From Candidatus Dormiibacterota bacterium (GTDB taxonomy: Bacteria > Acidobacteriota > Terriglobia > Acidiferrales > UBA7541): DNA of 64,000 bases. The notes beneath the pieces are model-generated. The model ran no database searches, was not told where the DNA came from, and was given only the letters and a program-made list of their open reading frames with translations. The position numbers were made by a program, and so were the translations under genes. The stretch lies in NCBI GenBank assembly GCA_035603595.1, contig DATNKB010000353.1, positions 14,856-78,855 on the forward strand, read 5' to 3'. Positions 1-9,433 of this stretch are shown here, piece by piece (within the stretch, counting starts at the first letter, position 1; each line of letters begins with the position of its first letter).

Positions 1-1797
1 GGCGTACTCGATACCATCATGCCCGACGGTTCGAGCGGATATTCGTTTGTACTGGTCATTACCTTCACGCTGCCACCGATCCAGCTCGGATTCGGATTCA
101 CTTTGAACGGCGTCGGCGGGCTCGGCGGCGTGAATCGGACGATGAACACCGACGCGCTGCAAGCAGGGTTTCGCGCGCACACGCTGGGCGCGATCATGTT
201 TCCCGCCGATCCGATTGACAACGCTCCGCAGATCATCAGCGACATCCGCAATTTTTTCCCAATTGCCGAAGGACGATATCTTTTCGGTCCACTGCTGGAA
301 CTAGGTTGGGGCACGCCCACTCTGATCAGTCTCACGGTTGGCATACTACTCGAAGTTCCAGACCCAATCCGCATCGCCATCCTGGGACTGATTGATGCAG
401 GGCTGCCGACGGAAGACGACGCGCTGCTTGTGCTGCACATCGAAGTTCTCGGCATCATTGATTTCGGCGCCAAGACGCTTTCAATTGACGGCACGCTGTT
501 CGATTCCAGCGTCCTGGTCTACGCGCTGGCCGGCGACCTGGCGCTGCGCGTCTCTTGGGGTAGCAATCCGAATTTCCTTTTCTCGCTGGGCGGATTTAAT
601 CCTAACTTCAACACCGATGGCCTGGATGTCCCCAAGCTAGCGCGGCTTTCAGTAAGTCTGGGCAGCGGAAGCAATCCGCGGATCAGCGCCGACAGCTACT
701 TCGCAGTGACGTCGAATACCGTGCAGTTTGGCGCAAACGTGCAAGCGTACGCAGCGGCAGGCGGATTCAGTATCCAGGGCTACCTGGGTTACGACGTTCT
801 CATAGTTATTTCTCCCTTCTCTTTCGAGTTCGATTTCTCGGCTTCGTTCGATGTGGCCTACGATGGCCACACGCTTCTGGGCCTGAACGTGAACGGAACT
901 TTCCAAGGTCCCACGCCCTGGCACTTTCATGGCGAAGCGTCCATCAGCTTGCTGTTCTTCAGCGTCAGTGCTTCGGTGGATTTGACGTGGGGCAGCAGCA
1001 CGCAAGCAACGATTCCTGCTCAGCCCGTACTGCCGGATCTCTTCAACGCATTTAAGAATCCGCAGAGTTGGAGCGCGGCGCTGCCGCCGGCCACAACCGT
1101 TGCTGTTTCACTAGCGACGCAGAAGCCCACGGACCAGACGCTTTGCGTGCATCCGATGGGAACACTGCAGGTGAAGGAAAGGGTGGTGCCGCTCGATTTG
1201 CCGATCACCAAGTACGGCAACGCCACGCCATCCGACGGTACCGAGTTTTCGATCCAAAGCGTGCAGATCAACGCGCAGACGGAAACGATTCAGACCATTC
1301 AGGATTATTTCGCGCCGGGACAGTTCCTGAACCTGAGCGACGCGGACAAACTCAGCAAACCGAGTTTCGAGGAAATGGACGCGGGAGTGAATATTGGCTC
1401 CAGCGCGATTCTGAATGGGCAGGATTCGCCGCGCACCGTGGTGTACCAGGAATTTTACATCTACGATCCCGCGAACTTTTCAATTCCCACGGGCCCGTAT
1501 CGGATGCCGGCGAATATTCATCTGGCGCTCAGCGCGCAAGGTGCCGGATTTGCTTCGCAAGTGAAAAATACCGGGTTGCAGAAATATAGCGTTGGGCCGA
1601 CGCCCCCCGCGATCGTTGTGGATGAGCCGCAATATGTGGTCACGAGCGTGCTGGACCTGAGTGTTCGTGCGGATATTCTGGCCGGCACGGGCAGCACCTA
1701 TTTCCAGGCGCAGGCGGCACTGAGTTCTTATTTGGCCGCGAATCCGTCAGAAGCCGACGATCTGCAAATCATGCCGATGCATGAGGTGGCGGCGTGA
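1..1797 (+). CDS. C-terminal part (592+ aa) of a large beta-rich protein of unknown function; gene starts upstream of the window
   Basis: The frame is open from nt 1, with no stop before the first ATG at 19. There are over 590 uninterrupted codons. The stop TGA at 1795-1797 overlaps the GTG start of the next ORF (GTGA). The protein is Gly/Ser/Thr/Asn/Phe-rich with alternating hydrophobic residues (FSFEFDFSASFDVAYDG, ISLLFFSVSASVDLTWG), which suggests an all-beta fold. I recognise no named family with confidence. Confidence 0.75.
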   Translation, partial: GVLDTIMPDGSSGYSFVLVITFTLPPIQLGFGFTLNGVGGLGGVNRTMNTDALQAGFRAHTLGAIMFPADPIDNAPQIISDIRNFFPIAEGRYLFGPLLELGWGTPTLISLTVGILLEVPDPIRIAILGLIDAGLPTEDDALLVLHIEVLGIIDFGAKTLSIDGTLFDSSVLVYALAGDLALRVSWGSNPNFLFSLGGFNPNFNTDGLDVPKLARLSVSLGSGSNPRISADSYFAVTSNTVQFGANVQAYAAAGGFSIQGYLGYDVLIVISPFSFEFDFSASFDVAYDGHTLLGLNVNGTFQGPTPWHFHGEASISLLFFSVSASVDLTWGSSTQATIPAQPVLPDLFNAFKNPQSWSAALPPATTVAVSLATQKPTDQTLCVHPMGTLQVKERVVPLDLPITKYGNATPSDGTEFSIQSVQINAQTETIQTIQDYFAPGQFLNLSDADKLSKPSFEEMDAGVNIGSSAILNGQDSPRTVVYQEFYIYDPANFSIPTGPYRMPANIHLALSAQGAGFASQVKNTGLQKYSVGPTPPAIVVDEPQYVVTSVLDLSVRADILAGTGSTYFQAQAALSSYLAANPSEADDLQIMPMHEVAA

Positions 1798-4700
1798 GCA
1801 GCGCTCCTACTCTCGGACGCTATCACTTTCAAGCGTGGGCGCGCCGCGGCATCGCCGCGAGCCTGAATAATCTGGACGGTGGGTCTTTACCAAGCCGCGC
1901 GAATTTGAGCGTTCAGTTATTTCTGGACGTGCAAGGCGGCGCCGCGCCGAATCCGGTGCAGCCACCGGCAACGCCCGTGTCATTGTTCGGGCCCGGTGAT
2001 GTCGTCGGCGTTGATCCGCGCATGGTCATCCGAACTGAGCCGCGGCAGTTCACCGTTAATTTCGAACCGAATTATCTGAGCGGCATTGAATTCGATACGC
2101 CGGATTTTCCATGGCTCTTCACGCCGGCGGCGCCGAATGGCGATCGTTTGCGGCCTTGGGTCGCGCTGATTGTTTTGAAGTCGAGCGAATTTACTGCGCC
2201 GTCCGTCGCTCCGAATCCTCTACCGACGATCGTGGTGCAAACGATGTCGGCTCTGCAGGATCTTTCCGGCTCGTGGAATTGGGCGCACGTGCAGATCAGC
2301 GGAGATGCTTCTCTTGCGGATTCGCTCGCCAGCGCGCCGGGAAACTTAATTTCGCGGTTGCTCTGTCCGCGGCGGCTGGATCCGCAGACTTCCTACTCCG
2401 CGTTCCTGGTGCCGGCATTTCAAAATGGCGTACAAGCCGGACTGGGCCAGGACGTTTCGTCCGTAACGACATCCGATCCGGCCTGGACGCAAGACACTCA
2501 AGCGCCGCTCACGCTGCCGTTTTATTTCCGCTTCGATTTCAACACCAGTGATGGCGGAGATTTCGAATCGCTGGTGCGCCAATTGACGCCCACCGTGCTG
2601 CCTGCCACCGTCGGCCAGCGCATGATGGATGTGCAGCATCCCGATCCGGGGATTCCTTCCGCGGGCGGGCCGCTCGGCTTGGACGGCGCGCTGGTAAGTG
2701 TCACTCCCAACGAGACCCCGTGGAGCGGCGCGGACAAAGACGCATTCCAAACCGCGTTGCAAGCTTGGATTAACCAAACCGGGCCCGCGACAGACGATCC
2801 GGCGAATCCAAATAAGTATCCGACTCCGCCTCCGGGCGATCCGGTGGTAGTGCCGCCGATTTATGGACGATGGCAGGCTGCGGTGTCGAGCGTTGATCGC
2901 ACCGCGGCCGGATGGTTGAACGATCTGAGTCTCGATCCACGCGATCGCAGCATCGCCGGCATGGGTACGCAAATCGTGCAGGGCGAGCAGACGCAGCTGA
3001 TGGCTTCGGCGTGGCAGCAAGTGGACGGCGTCTTGCAGGCCAATCAGATGCTGAAGGAAGCGCAGCTCGCGCGTGCGGTGAGCCAGCAGCTCTACCGGCA
3101 GCACTTGCAGACCGCGCAGCCTGAAACATTGTTTAACTTCACGGCGCCGTTGCACTCGCGGCTGCTCGCGAGCCCCACAACGATTCTTGCCAAGATTCGC
3201 GCCAGCCGTGTCCCGCAGCGAATGTTTTCCGGAGCATTTCGCAAAGCGACGCGACTGCCATGGCGTCTGGGAATGGCGAAGAACGGCGCGCCATCGCTTT
3301 TGACGCGAGTCAATAGCGGCAACATCGCGATCGTGCCGCCGATTCAGCCGCCGGCAGGAATGGTGCCCATCGAACAGATCGGCAATCAGTCCGCGCCTTC
3401 CTGGGCTGAAACTTTACTGAAATGGTGGAAATGGATTTTGCTCGCGTTGATTGTATTGCTCGTAGCCCTGGTGGTGATCGTTGGTCTGGCGGCAGGGTGG
3501 GCCGTAGCTCTCGGTGTAGCTACCGTGGCCGTCGCGGCCGGCGTTGCTATTTGGAATGCGGTGAAAAATTCAATCGCCAGCGCGATGTCCGCAAGCACGC
3601 TGCAAGTTTCGAAATTCACGCCGCAAGTTGTTGCGGACGTCCCAGCGCGGTCCAGTTTTAAGATCACCGCGCCGGGAACACCGCAGGCGGCGGCAAGCTC
3701 AGGCGGCACCGATTCGGCGCAGGCCGCCGCGTTCCGCAAAGCTACATCGCAAGTATTCGCCGACTATCAATCGCTGCCCGAAAATCCCGCACTGCTCCCG
3801 GCACTCGATCTCGCAGACCTGCAGAGCACAATTTTGACGCGCATTGACCCGGTCACGACGATTCCCAAACGGATTCAGGGATTACTCACCATATCAGAGC
3901 ATCTTCGGTGGCAGCCAGCTGATCCGCTGGAAACAATCATGGCGGCGCCGGCGTTTCCGCAGCCGATGTACGCTCCATTGCGCGATCTGTCGCAAGAATA
4001 TTTGCTGCCCGGAGTCGAAAATATTCCGGCGAACAGCGTGGGCCTGCTGCAATCGAACCAGGCGTTCATCGAAGCCTACATGGTGGGGCTGAACAGCGAG
4101 ATGGGCCGCGATCTTCTGTGGTTCGGCTATCCTACGGACCAACGCGGCAGCTATTTCCGCCAGTTCTGGGACGTAAGCGCGTACGTGGCGCAGCCCGGCG
4201 ACCCGACGGATCCGACCCAGTTGGCGGAATACTTGAAAGATATTCCGCCCATCAATGCTTGGCAGTTGCCCTTACCGTTGGGGCAGCACCCGAACCGAGC
4301 GAATATCGTGCCGAATAATCTGGTGCTGCTGGTTCGTGGAGAGCTTTTCAAGCGCTACCCAAACGCGATCGTTTACGCCGGAAAAGCCAAAACTCTCTTG
4401 AACGGCACACGAGTCCTCGACGAAACCGCCGAGCTTTATCCGCTTTTCCGCGGGACTTTGTCTCCCGACATCACTTTCCTGGGCTTCAACATTACCGCTG
4501 CGGATGCTCGCGGCGGCACCACCAATGCACCGGATGGATACTTTTTTGTTTTCCAGGAGCAGCCCTCCGAACCGCGCTTCGGCCTGGAACCTACGCCCGA
4601 TATTTCTCCCGTGCCGCACTGGGCTGACTTGGCGTGGACCAATTTTACAGCGGCGGGCGGAACGCCGCCGAAACCTCTGCCCGTGATCTCTGGATCTTCT

Positions 4701-4955
4701 CCCGCCGCGATCATGGCCACTAGCCCGTGGCGGCTCGCGTCCCAAGTATTTGCAAACGTACTGCAGAGCACGGAGCTGCCGGCTTTTCTGACGCCGACTC
4801 TGCAACCAACGGGCACCGCAATCGTCTCCGATAGCGACAACCCGAACGACACCAACAATCAATGGGGAGTGAACAGCGCGCAGACTGCTTACATCTTGCT
4901 GCGCCTCCCGTTCCGCATTTTGATGCACGCGGATTTGATGCTGCCGCCAGCATGA
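1794..4955 (+). CDS. 1053-aa protein of unknown function with a central transmembrane helical hairpin
   Basis: The GTG start at 1794 overlaps the upstream stop. The stop TGA at 4953-4955 overlaps the ATG of the next ORF. A hydrophobic stretch WILLALIVLLVALVVIVGLAAGWAVALGVATVAVAAGVAIW lies at about nt 3430-3555, in the middle of an otherwise soluble-looking protein. I see no catalytic motif. Confidence 0.8.
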   Translation: MSSAPTLGRYHFQAWARRGIAASLNNLDGGSLPSRANLSVQLFLDVQGGAAPNPVQPPATPVSLFGPGDVVGVDPRMVIRTEPRQFTVNFEPNYLSGIEFDTPDFPWLFTPAAPNGDRLRPWVALIVLKSSEFTAPSVAPNPLPTIVVQTMSALQDLSGSWNWAHVQISGDASLADSLASAPGNLISRLLCPRRLDPQTSYSAFLVPAFQNGVQAGLGQDVSSVTTSDPAWTQDTQAPLTLPFYFRFDFNTSDGGDFESLVRQLTPTVLPATVGQRMMDVQHPDPGIPSAGGPLGLDGALVSVTPNETPWSGADKDAFQTALQAWINQTGPATDDPANPNKYPTPPPGDPVVVPPIYGRWQAAVSSVDRTAAGWLNDLSLDPRDRSIAGMGTQIVQGEQTQLMASAWQQVDGVLQANQMLKEAQLARAVSQQLYRQHLQTAQPETLFNFTAPLHSRLLASPTTILAKIRASRVPQRMFSGAFRKATRLPWRLGMAKNGAPSLLTRVNSGNIAIVPPIQPPAGMVPIEQIGNQSAPSWAETLLKWWKWILLALIVLLVALVVIVGLAAGWAVALGVATVAVAAGVAIWNAVKNSIASAMSASTLQVSKFTPQVVADVPARSSFKITAPGTPQAAASSGGTDSAQAAAFRKATSQVFADYQSLPENPALLPALDLADLQSTILTRIDPVTTIPKRIQGLLTISEHLRWQPADPLETIMAAPAFPQPMYAPLRDLSQEYLLPGVENIPANSVGLLQSNQAFIEAYMVGLNSEMGRDLLWFGYPTDQRGSYFRQFWDVSAYVAQPGDPTDPTQLAEYLKDIPPINAWQLPLPLGQHPNRANIVPNNLVLLVRGELFKRYPNAIVYAGKAKTLLNGTRVLDETAELYPLFRGTLSPDITFLGFNITAADARGGTTNAPDGYFFVFQEQPSEPRFGLEPTPDISPVPHWADLAWTNFTAAGGTPPKPLPVISGSSPAAIMATSPWRLASQVFANVLQSTELPAFLTPTLQPTGTAIVSDSDNPNDTNNQWGVNSAQTAYILLRLPFRILMHADLMLPPA

Positions 4956-7900
4956 CCACTCCAACCAAACCGATCGTCACGAAACCGGCGGCCAGCCGGC
5001 AGCCCTCGGGCCTCTCCGCGCAGACTCCGCTGCTGCTGCTGCCTGTCAACATCCAGACCCGCTTCATGAATCAGCAGAAGGGCGGCGCCGAATTGTGGGT
5101 GAGAATTTATCCGGACCAGGTTGCGGTGGATTCCCACGAGCCGGAGCTGACCAATCAGGAAGTTTCCGACGGGCAGGCATACTGGAACGCTTTGTGGCAG
5201 GCAGGAAATCCTCCGCCTGATCCAGATGATGCCAAGGCGCCCTGGCGCACGGTTGCCTCTCTGTATGGTGCGCAGCGCGCCGCGTGGATTTGTTCGCAGC
5301 TTACTCCGGCGAATTTGGCGCAGCAACCTGTGGCACCGACGCCCAGCGGCACCACCCCCACACCGGCGCCGGTATTTCCGACGGTAACGATTCGCAATTC
5401 ATCGTGGGAGAAGCCGGCCGTCGCAGATGCCTTGCCCGACGCATGGACCGTCGTGCTCGTTTCCGGCGGCCAATCTTCGCTGTTCCGCAGCAGTCCGGTC
5501 GTGGTTCCGCTCGCGGTAAGCCTGACGCCAAACAGCGGCGCATTTCCCGCAGGAAACGTGGTGGATGCGGACTTGCAGTGGATGGTGGATATTCCGACAG
5601 CGGTGCAAGCAGGCATGGCGCTGAAGATTCCGTTGACGGCGGATCTTAGCGCGAAAGGGATCGATCAAATTTTCGTGTACGGCTTGCGCGGCAACGACAC
5701 GGAAGCCGGCCAAACGTTCGCAGCTCTGCTGAACGCGCATCATTACACCGATGGGCTTGCGCTGGTCCCGCAAGGCTCGCCGACCAACAACACGCCGGAC
5801 GCGACTTCGGCCTACAGCCGCAAAGACCCCAATTATGAGATCAGCTTTGAGACGGAGCGCGAGGGGCCGCTGACGTCCAATCCCGCGTGCGACGGTGTGA
5901 CGCTCGCGACCCTGGTCGGAATCCCCACAACTACTTTCGATCATGTGGCCGATGCCGATGGCACGGATTCGGTCGACAGCACGGATATGCTGCGTTCCCT
6001 GTGGCCCGCGACGCTGGGATATTTCCTGAACCAGATGATGGCCAATCTTTTTTCCGCGGACATGATCGAGCAAGCGCGCCAGTACGTGCTTGCGAACGCT
6101 TGCCCACGCGGCCCGATTCCTGCTTTCCGCGTCGGCCAAACTCCTTACGGCGTGCTGCCGGTCACGTCGTTGCGCAGTTACGCGGTGGATCCGAAACTCG
6201 CGGGACCAGTTGAGACGGGTCTGGTCAATTTTGTGCAGAAGTTGTGGCCGACGTGGCTTGCAAGCTCCGCCGGAGCGCCGCAGATGCAACGCGGCGGCGA
6301 TCCCGATCAAAATCTGATGTCCGTGCTTGGAATGGACGCCAGCTCGATGAATTTTCAGGGCCGTCCCGTGATGGGTAGTCTGTTTCTTTGGAATCTACTC
6401 GGATTCCTCGGCGCATCGCAGGCATTCCAAGCCACATGGTGGCAGGACTTCTTGTCGCCCGGACGCGCACTACTGAATAATTATGGATACACGCAATGGA
6501 ATCCGCGGATTCTCACGCTCGGTTTCGGCCAGAACAGTTTCCCCATCGGATTCTCCACCGTTCAAGATGGGCCCCGCTCGGAGACCGAAACTCTCAACGC
6601 GGATGCCACCTTAAGCGGCGGCGTGAAAGGAAATTACATCAACTGGCTGCAAACGGCGTCGGTCGCGGATATTCAGGCGGAAAATTATCCAGGAACGAAA
6701 CCGACGTCGCTGCTTTACAAGATACTGCGTCAATCGCTGCTGCTAGAGTATGCGAACCTCGCAGGACAGAATGAAGTGAGCGCAGGGAAACTGGGTCTGG
6801 CGCAGATTCAAGAAAGCGAAACGGTTAGCGTCCAACCGGGCGCCACGACTCTGACGTCGTGGCAGGTATTGGCGCGGCCTGCGATTCCGAATCCCCACGT
6901 TTCCTGGGCCGAGTATTTACTCACGCCGAGCTTTCCGGCCGAATCTCCCTTCGCGCAACTGAATGACATGCGCGCGAGTCTCGGCCGTCTCGCTGCGCTG
7001 CACACCGCAGAACTCGATCGCTTGCTCACCGAAACTCTGGACGCGTGCAGCCACCGATTGGATGTGTGGGCGACGGCCATCGCGAACGCGCTGTTGAAAC
7101 GCACGCGCGCAAAGCAAAACAACTCAGTGTGGCTCGGCTGCTATGGCTGGGTCGAAGATGTGCGCCCCGAGACCGGGCGTGCAACCGTGGCAGGCGCGGC
7201 ACTACAGCAAGTTCAGACACTCGATGCCGCAAGAGCGCAAAAATCCCGCGCCTCCGTTCAGTCGCCGGTTCAACTTCCAGTTCCCCTTCAGCCTCCCACG
7301 GACAACGGCGGATACATTCTTGCGCCTTCTTCCGTACAAGCCGCCGTGGCCGCGGTTCTGCGAAATGGTTACATGACGCACCAAAACACCGCGGAAGAAG
7401 GATTGCTCTCGATCGACCTTTCTTCGGAGCGCGTGCAAAAGGCTTTGTCGCTCATCGATGGCATGCAGGAAGGGCAAAGCCTCAACGCGTTGCTCGGCTA
7501 CCTTTTTGAAGACGCGCTGCACGATCAGAATCTCGATAAGTACGTGCAGCCATTCCGCGACGCTTATCCTCTGGTCGGCAGCAAGCTAACTCCCTCCAGC
7601 GCGCCGAGCGAAACAGTTGCCGCGTCCGAAGTTGTTGACGGGCTAGGGCTGCGCACCGCATGGGATACCGGAAAACTCGTGGCCGGCCAAACTTGGGGAA
7701 CGGGGTTGCCCATGCCGGGCGCGGATCAGAACTCAGTGATCGCGATCCTGAAAGTCGTGGACGATTACGCCGATGCACTCGGAGACGTATCCATATCCGA
7801 AGCTGTCTTTCAAATTGTTCGTGGAAATTTCGGCAGCGGCGGCGGACTGATGGATGCGATTTCGCGCGGCTCCAGGCCGCCCGATCCGGACGTGGTGACG

Positions 7901-9433
7901 ACTCCTCGCGGAGGAATTGACCTGACGCATCGCGTGGTGCTGCTTTTTGCAGGCGTTCCCGCGCAGAACGCCGCATGGAGCGCAGTCAGTCAGCATCCTC
8001 GCGCCGCCGCTGAACCGTGGCTGAATGCGTGGCTCGGACAAATGCTGCCGGATCCGGCGACGGTACGCTGCCTGGTGCAATACCAGAATGGCGGCGCCAA
8101 TGAATCGGCCATCGTAACCCTACGCGATTTAAATGTCGGCCCGTTGGATCTGCTGGCACTGTCAGACGCTGGCGAAGTTCCCCAGCGATCCGAACTGGAG
8201 AGCCGCATTCTGTACGATGCTGCCGTTCCCGCCGGCGTGCAGAATGTGCAGATTGTTTTCGAGACGACCACGCTGCCGCCCGGCTCGTTCGCGTTTCCCG
8301 ACGTGCTTTACTTGGCGCAAAAACTCCGCACTCTGTTGGGCTCCTGCCGCGCGCTCGCCCCGCAGGACATGACGACGCCGGAAACAAATGTCGCCGACGC
8401 GGGCGGAGCGGTGAACATTGCGGACCTGCAAGCGCGCGCGAAGGCGGCGGTGCAGAATCTGAACACCAGTATAAATTTGCTTACGACAGCCGCTGCCGGA
8501 TTGCCCGCAGCGCCCGACCACGTTCGCGCGGCGCTGATTCAATGCAGCTTCTACGGAGTGGCGAGCGCGATTCCGAACACGACGAGCGGGACAGATCCAA
8601 ACTTGGCTACACAGTCAGCAAACGTACTGGCGATTCTGCAGGCGCGATACACGAAAGCTTCAGCAGTCAACATCGCGATGGCGCAGGTTGCGGATCTCGA
8701 AGGAATTTTTGAAGACATTTTCGGAAGTGATTTCGTCGTACTTCCACTTTTCACTCCTCCCAATCTCGCTACGCTGCAATCCGCATTCAGCCAATCCGCC
8801 GCGCTGGTCTCAACGGACTCACAAGCCCCCGCGCGCTGGTTCCGCCAATTGACGCACGTTCGCCCCGGCATTTCCCGGCTGGATATGGCGCTGAGCGCGG
8901 CGCAAGCGTTGAACACCGGTTTTGTGTCCTTTTATCCACCGCCTCTTCTGCTTGGGCAGGTTCCGCCGCCGACCACCGCACCCGATCGCTGGCTCGCTCT
9001 GCCCGTCGCCCCGAGGGATATGCCGCAACAAGGACGCGTGGCATTCGCCTGCGTGACACAAGGAAATCCCTCCACCCAGAATTCCTACGCCGGAGTAATC
9101 GTGGACGAATGGCCCGAGCGCATTCCGAGCACGCAGCAGTCCGCATCAGTTGCTTTCCATTTCGAAGAGCCCAGCGCGCGCGCCCCCCAGGCATTGCTGC
9201 TGGCAGTCTGTCCGGACAACCGCGCCACGTGGGACGACCAGATTCTTGAAGCAGTGCTCGCGGAAACTCTGGAGCTCGCCAAGATTCGCACCGTGGACCT
9301 CGCCAGCGTCCGAGGCGTGGGCCAAATTCTGCCAGCGCTTTATTTCGCGCTGAATTTGCAAGGCGCGACTGTCTCAACCCAGTTCGCTGCACCAAAAGAG
9401 GAGCCGATCCGTGCCGCTCGAAGCGCTAGCTAA
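4952..9433 (+). CDS. 1493-aa protein of unknown function
   Basis: I chose the ATG at 4952 (ATGA overlap with the upstream stop) as the start. The ORF-track ATG at 4862 would overlap the upstream gene by 94 nt. The N-terminal motif is LLLLPVNIQTRF...LWVRIYPDQVAVDSHEPELT, and an internal motif is HRLDVWATAIANALLKR...WLGCYGWVEDVRPE. There is no P-loop, HExxH or RHS signature. Confidence 0.8.
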   Translation: MTTPTKPIVTKPAASRQPSGLSAQTPLLLLPVNIQTRFMNQQKGGAELWVRIYPDQVAVDSHEPELTNQEVSDGQAYWNALWQAGNPPPDPDDAKAPWRTVASLYGAQRAAWICSQLTPANLAQQPVAPTPSGTTPTPAPVFPTVTIRNSSWEKPAVADALPDAWTVVLVSGGQSSLFRSSPVVVPLAVSLTPNSGAFPAGNVVDADLQWMVDIPTAVQAGMALKIPLTADLSAKGIDQIFVYGLRGNDTEAGQTFAALLNAHHYTDGLALVPQGSPTNNTPDATSAYSRKDPNYEISFETEREGPLTSNPACDGVTLATLVGIPTTTFDHVADADGTDSVDSTDMLRSLWPATLGYFLNQMMANLFSADMIEQARQYVLANACPRGPIPAFRVGQTPYGVLPVTSLRSYAVDPKLAGPVETGLVNFVQKLWPTWLASSAGAPQMQRGGDPDQNLMSVLGMDASSMNFQGRPVMGSLFLWNLLGFLGASQAFQATWWQDFLSPGRALLNNYGYTQWNPRILTLGFGQNSFPIGFSTVQDGPRSETETLNADATLSGGVKGNYINWLQTASVADIQAENYPGTKPTSLLYKILRQSLLLEYANLAGQNEVSAGKLGLAQIQESETVSVQPGATTLTSWQVLARPAIPNPHVSWAEYLLTPSFPAESPFAQLNDMRASLGRLAALHTAELDRLLTETLDACSHRLDVWATAIANALLKRTRAKQNNSVWLGCYGWVEDVRPETGRATVAGAALQQVQTLDAARAQKSRASVQSPVQLPVPLQPPTDNGGYILAPSSVQAAVAAVLRNGYMTHQNTAEEGLLSIDLSSERVQKALSLIDGMQEGQSLNALLGYLFEDALHDQNLDKYVQPFRDAYPLVGSKLTPSSAPSETVAASEVVDGLGLRTAWDTGKLVAGQTWGTGLPMPGADQNSVIAILKVVDDYADALGDVSISEAVFQIVRGNFGSGGGLMDAISRGSRPPDPDVVTTPRGGIDLTHRVVLLFAGVPAQNAAWSAVSQHPRAAAEPWLNAWLGQMLPDPATVRCLVQYQNGGANESAIVTLRDLNVGPLDLLALSDAGEVPQRSELESRILYDAAVPAGVQNVQIVFETTTLPPGSFAFPDVLYLAQKLRTLLGSCRALAPQDMTTPETNVADAGGAVNIADLQARAKAAVQNLNTSINLLTTAAAGLPAAPDHVRAALIQCSFYGVASAIPNTTSGTDPNLATQSANVLAILQARYTKASAVNIAMAQVADLEGIFEDIFGSDFVVLPLFTPPNLATLQSAFSQSAALVSTDSQAPARWFRQLTHVRPGISRLDMALSAAQALNTGFVSFYPPPLLLGQVPPPTTAPDRWLALPVAPRDMPQQGRVAFACVTQGNPSTQNSYAGVIVDEWPERIPSTQQSASVAFHFEEPSARAPQALLLAVCPDNRATWDDQILEAVLAETLELAKIRTVDLASVRGVGQILPALYFALNLQGATVSTQFAAPKEEPIRAARSAS

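Noticed and set aside
2346-3155. Long antisense and alternative-frame ORFs inside the giant GC-rich genes. Examples are 2346..3155, 5399..6310, 8787..9395, 10229..10810, 35191..36156 and 37294..37986.
   Set aside because: These are Arg/Ala/Gly/Pro-rich shadow ORFs, as expected in GC-rich coding DNA. They are fully contained in genes that have strong homology or coupling evidence.
4862-4951. The ORF-track start at 4862 for the third giant ORF.
   Set aside because: It would overlap the preceding gene by 94 nt, and the extra 30 residues look like out-of-frame translation of the upstream gene. The ATG at 4952 forms a classic ATGA coupling junction.
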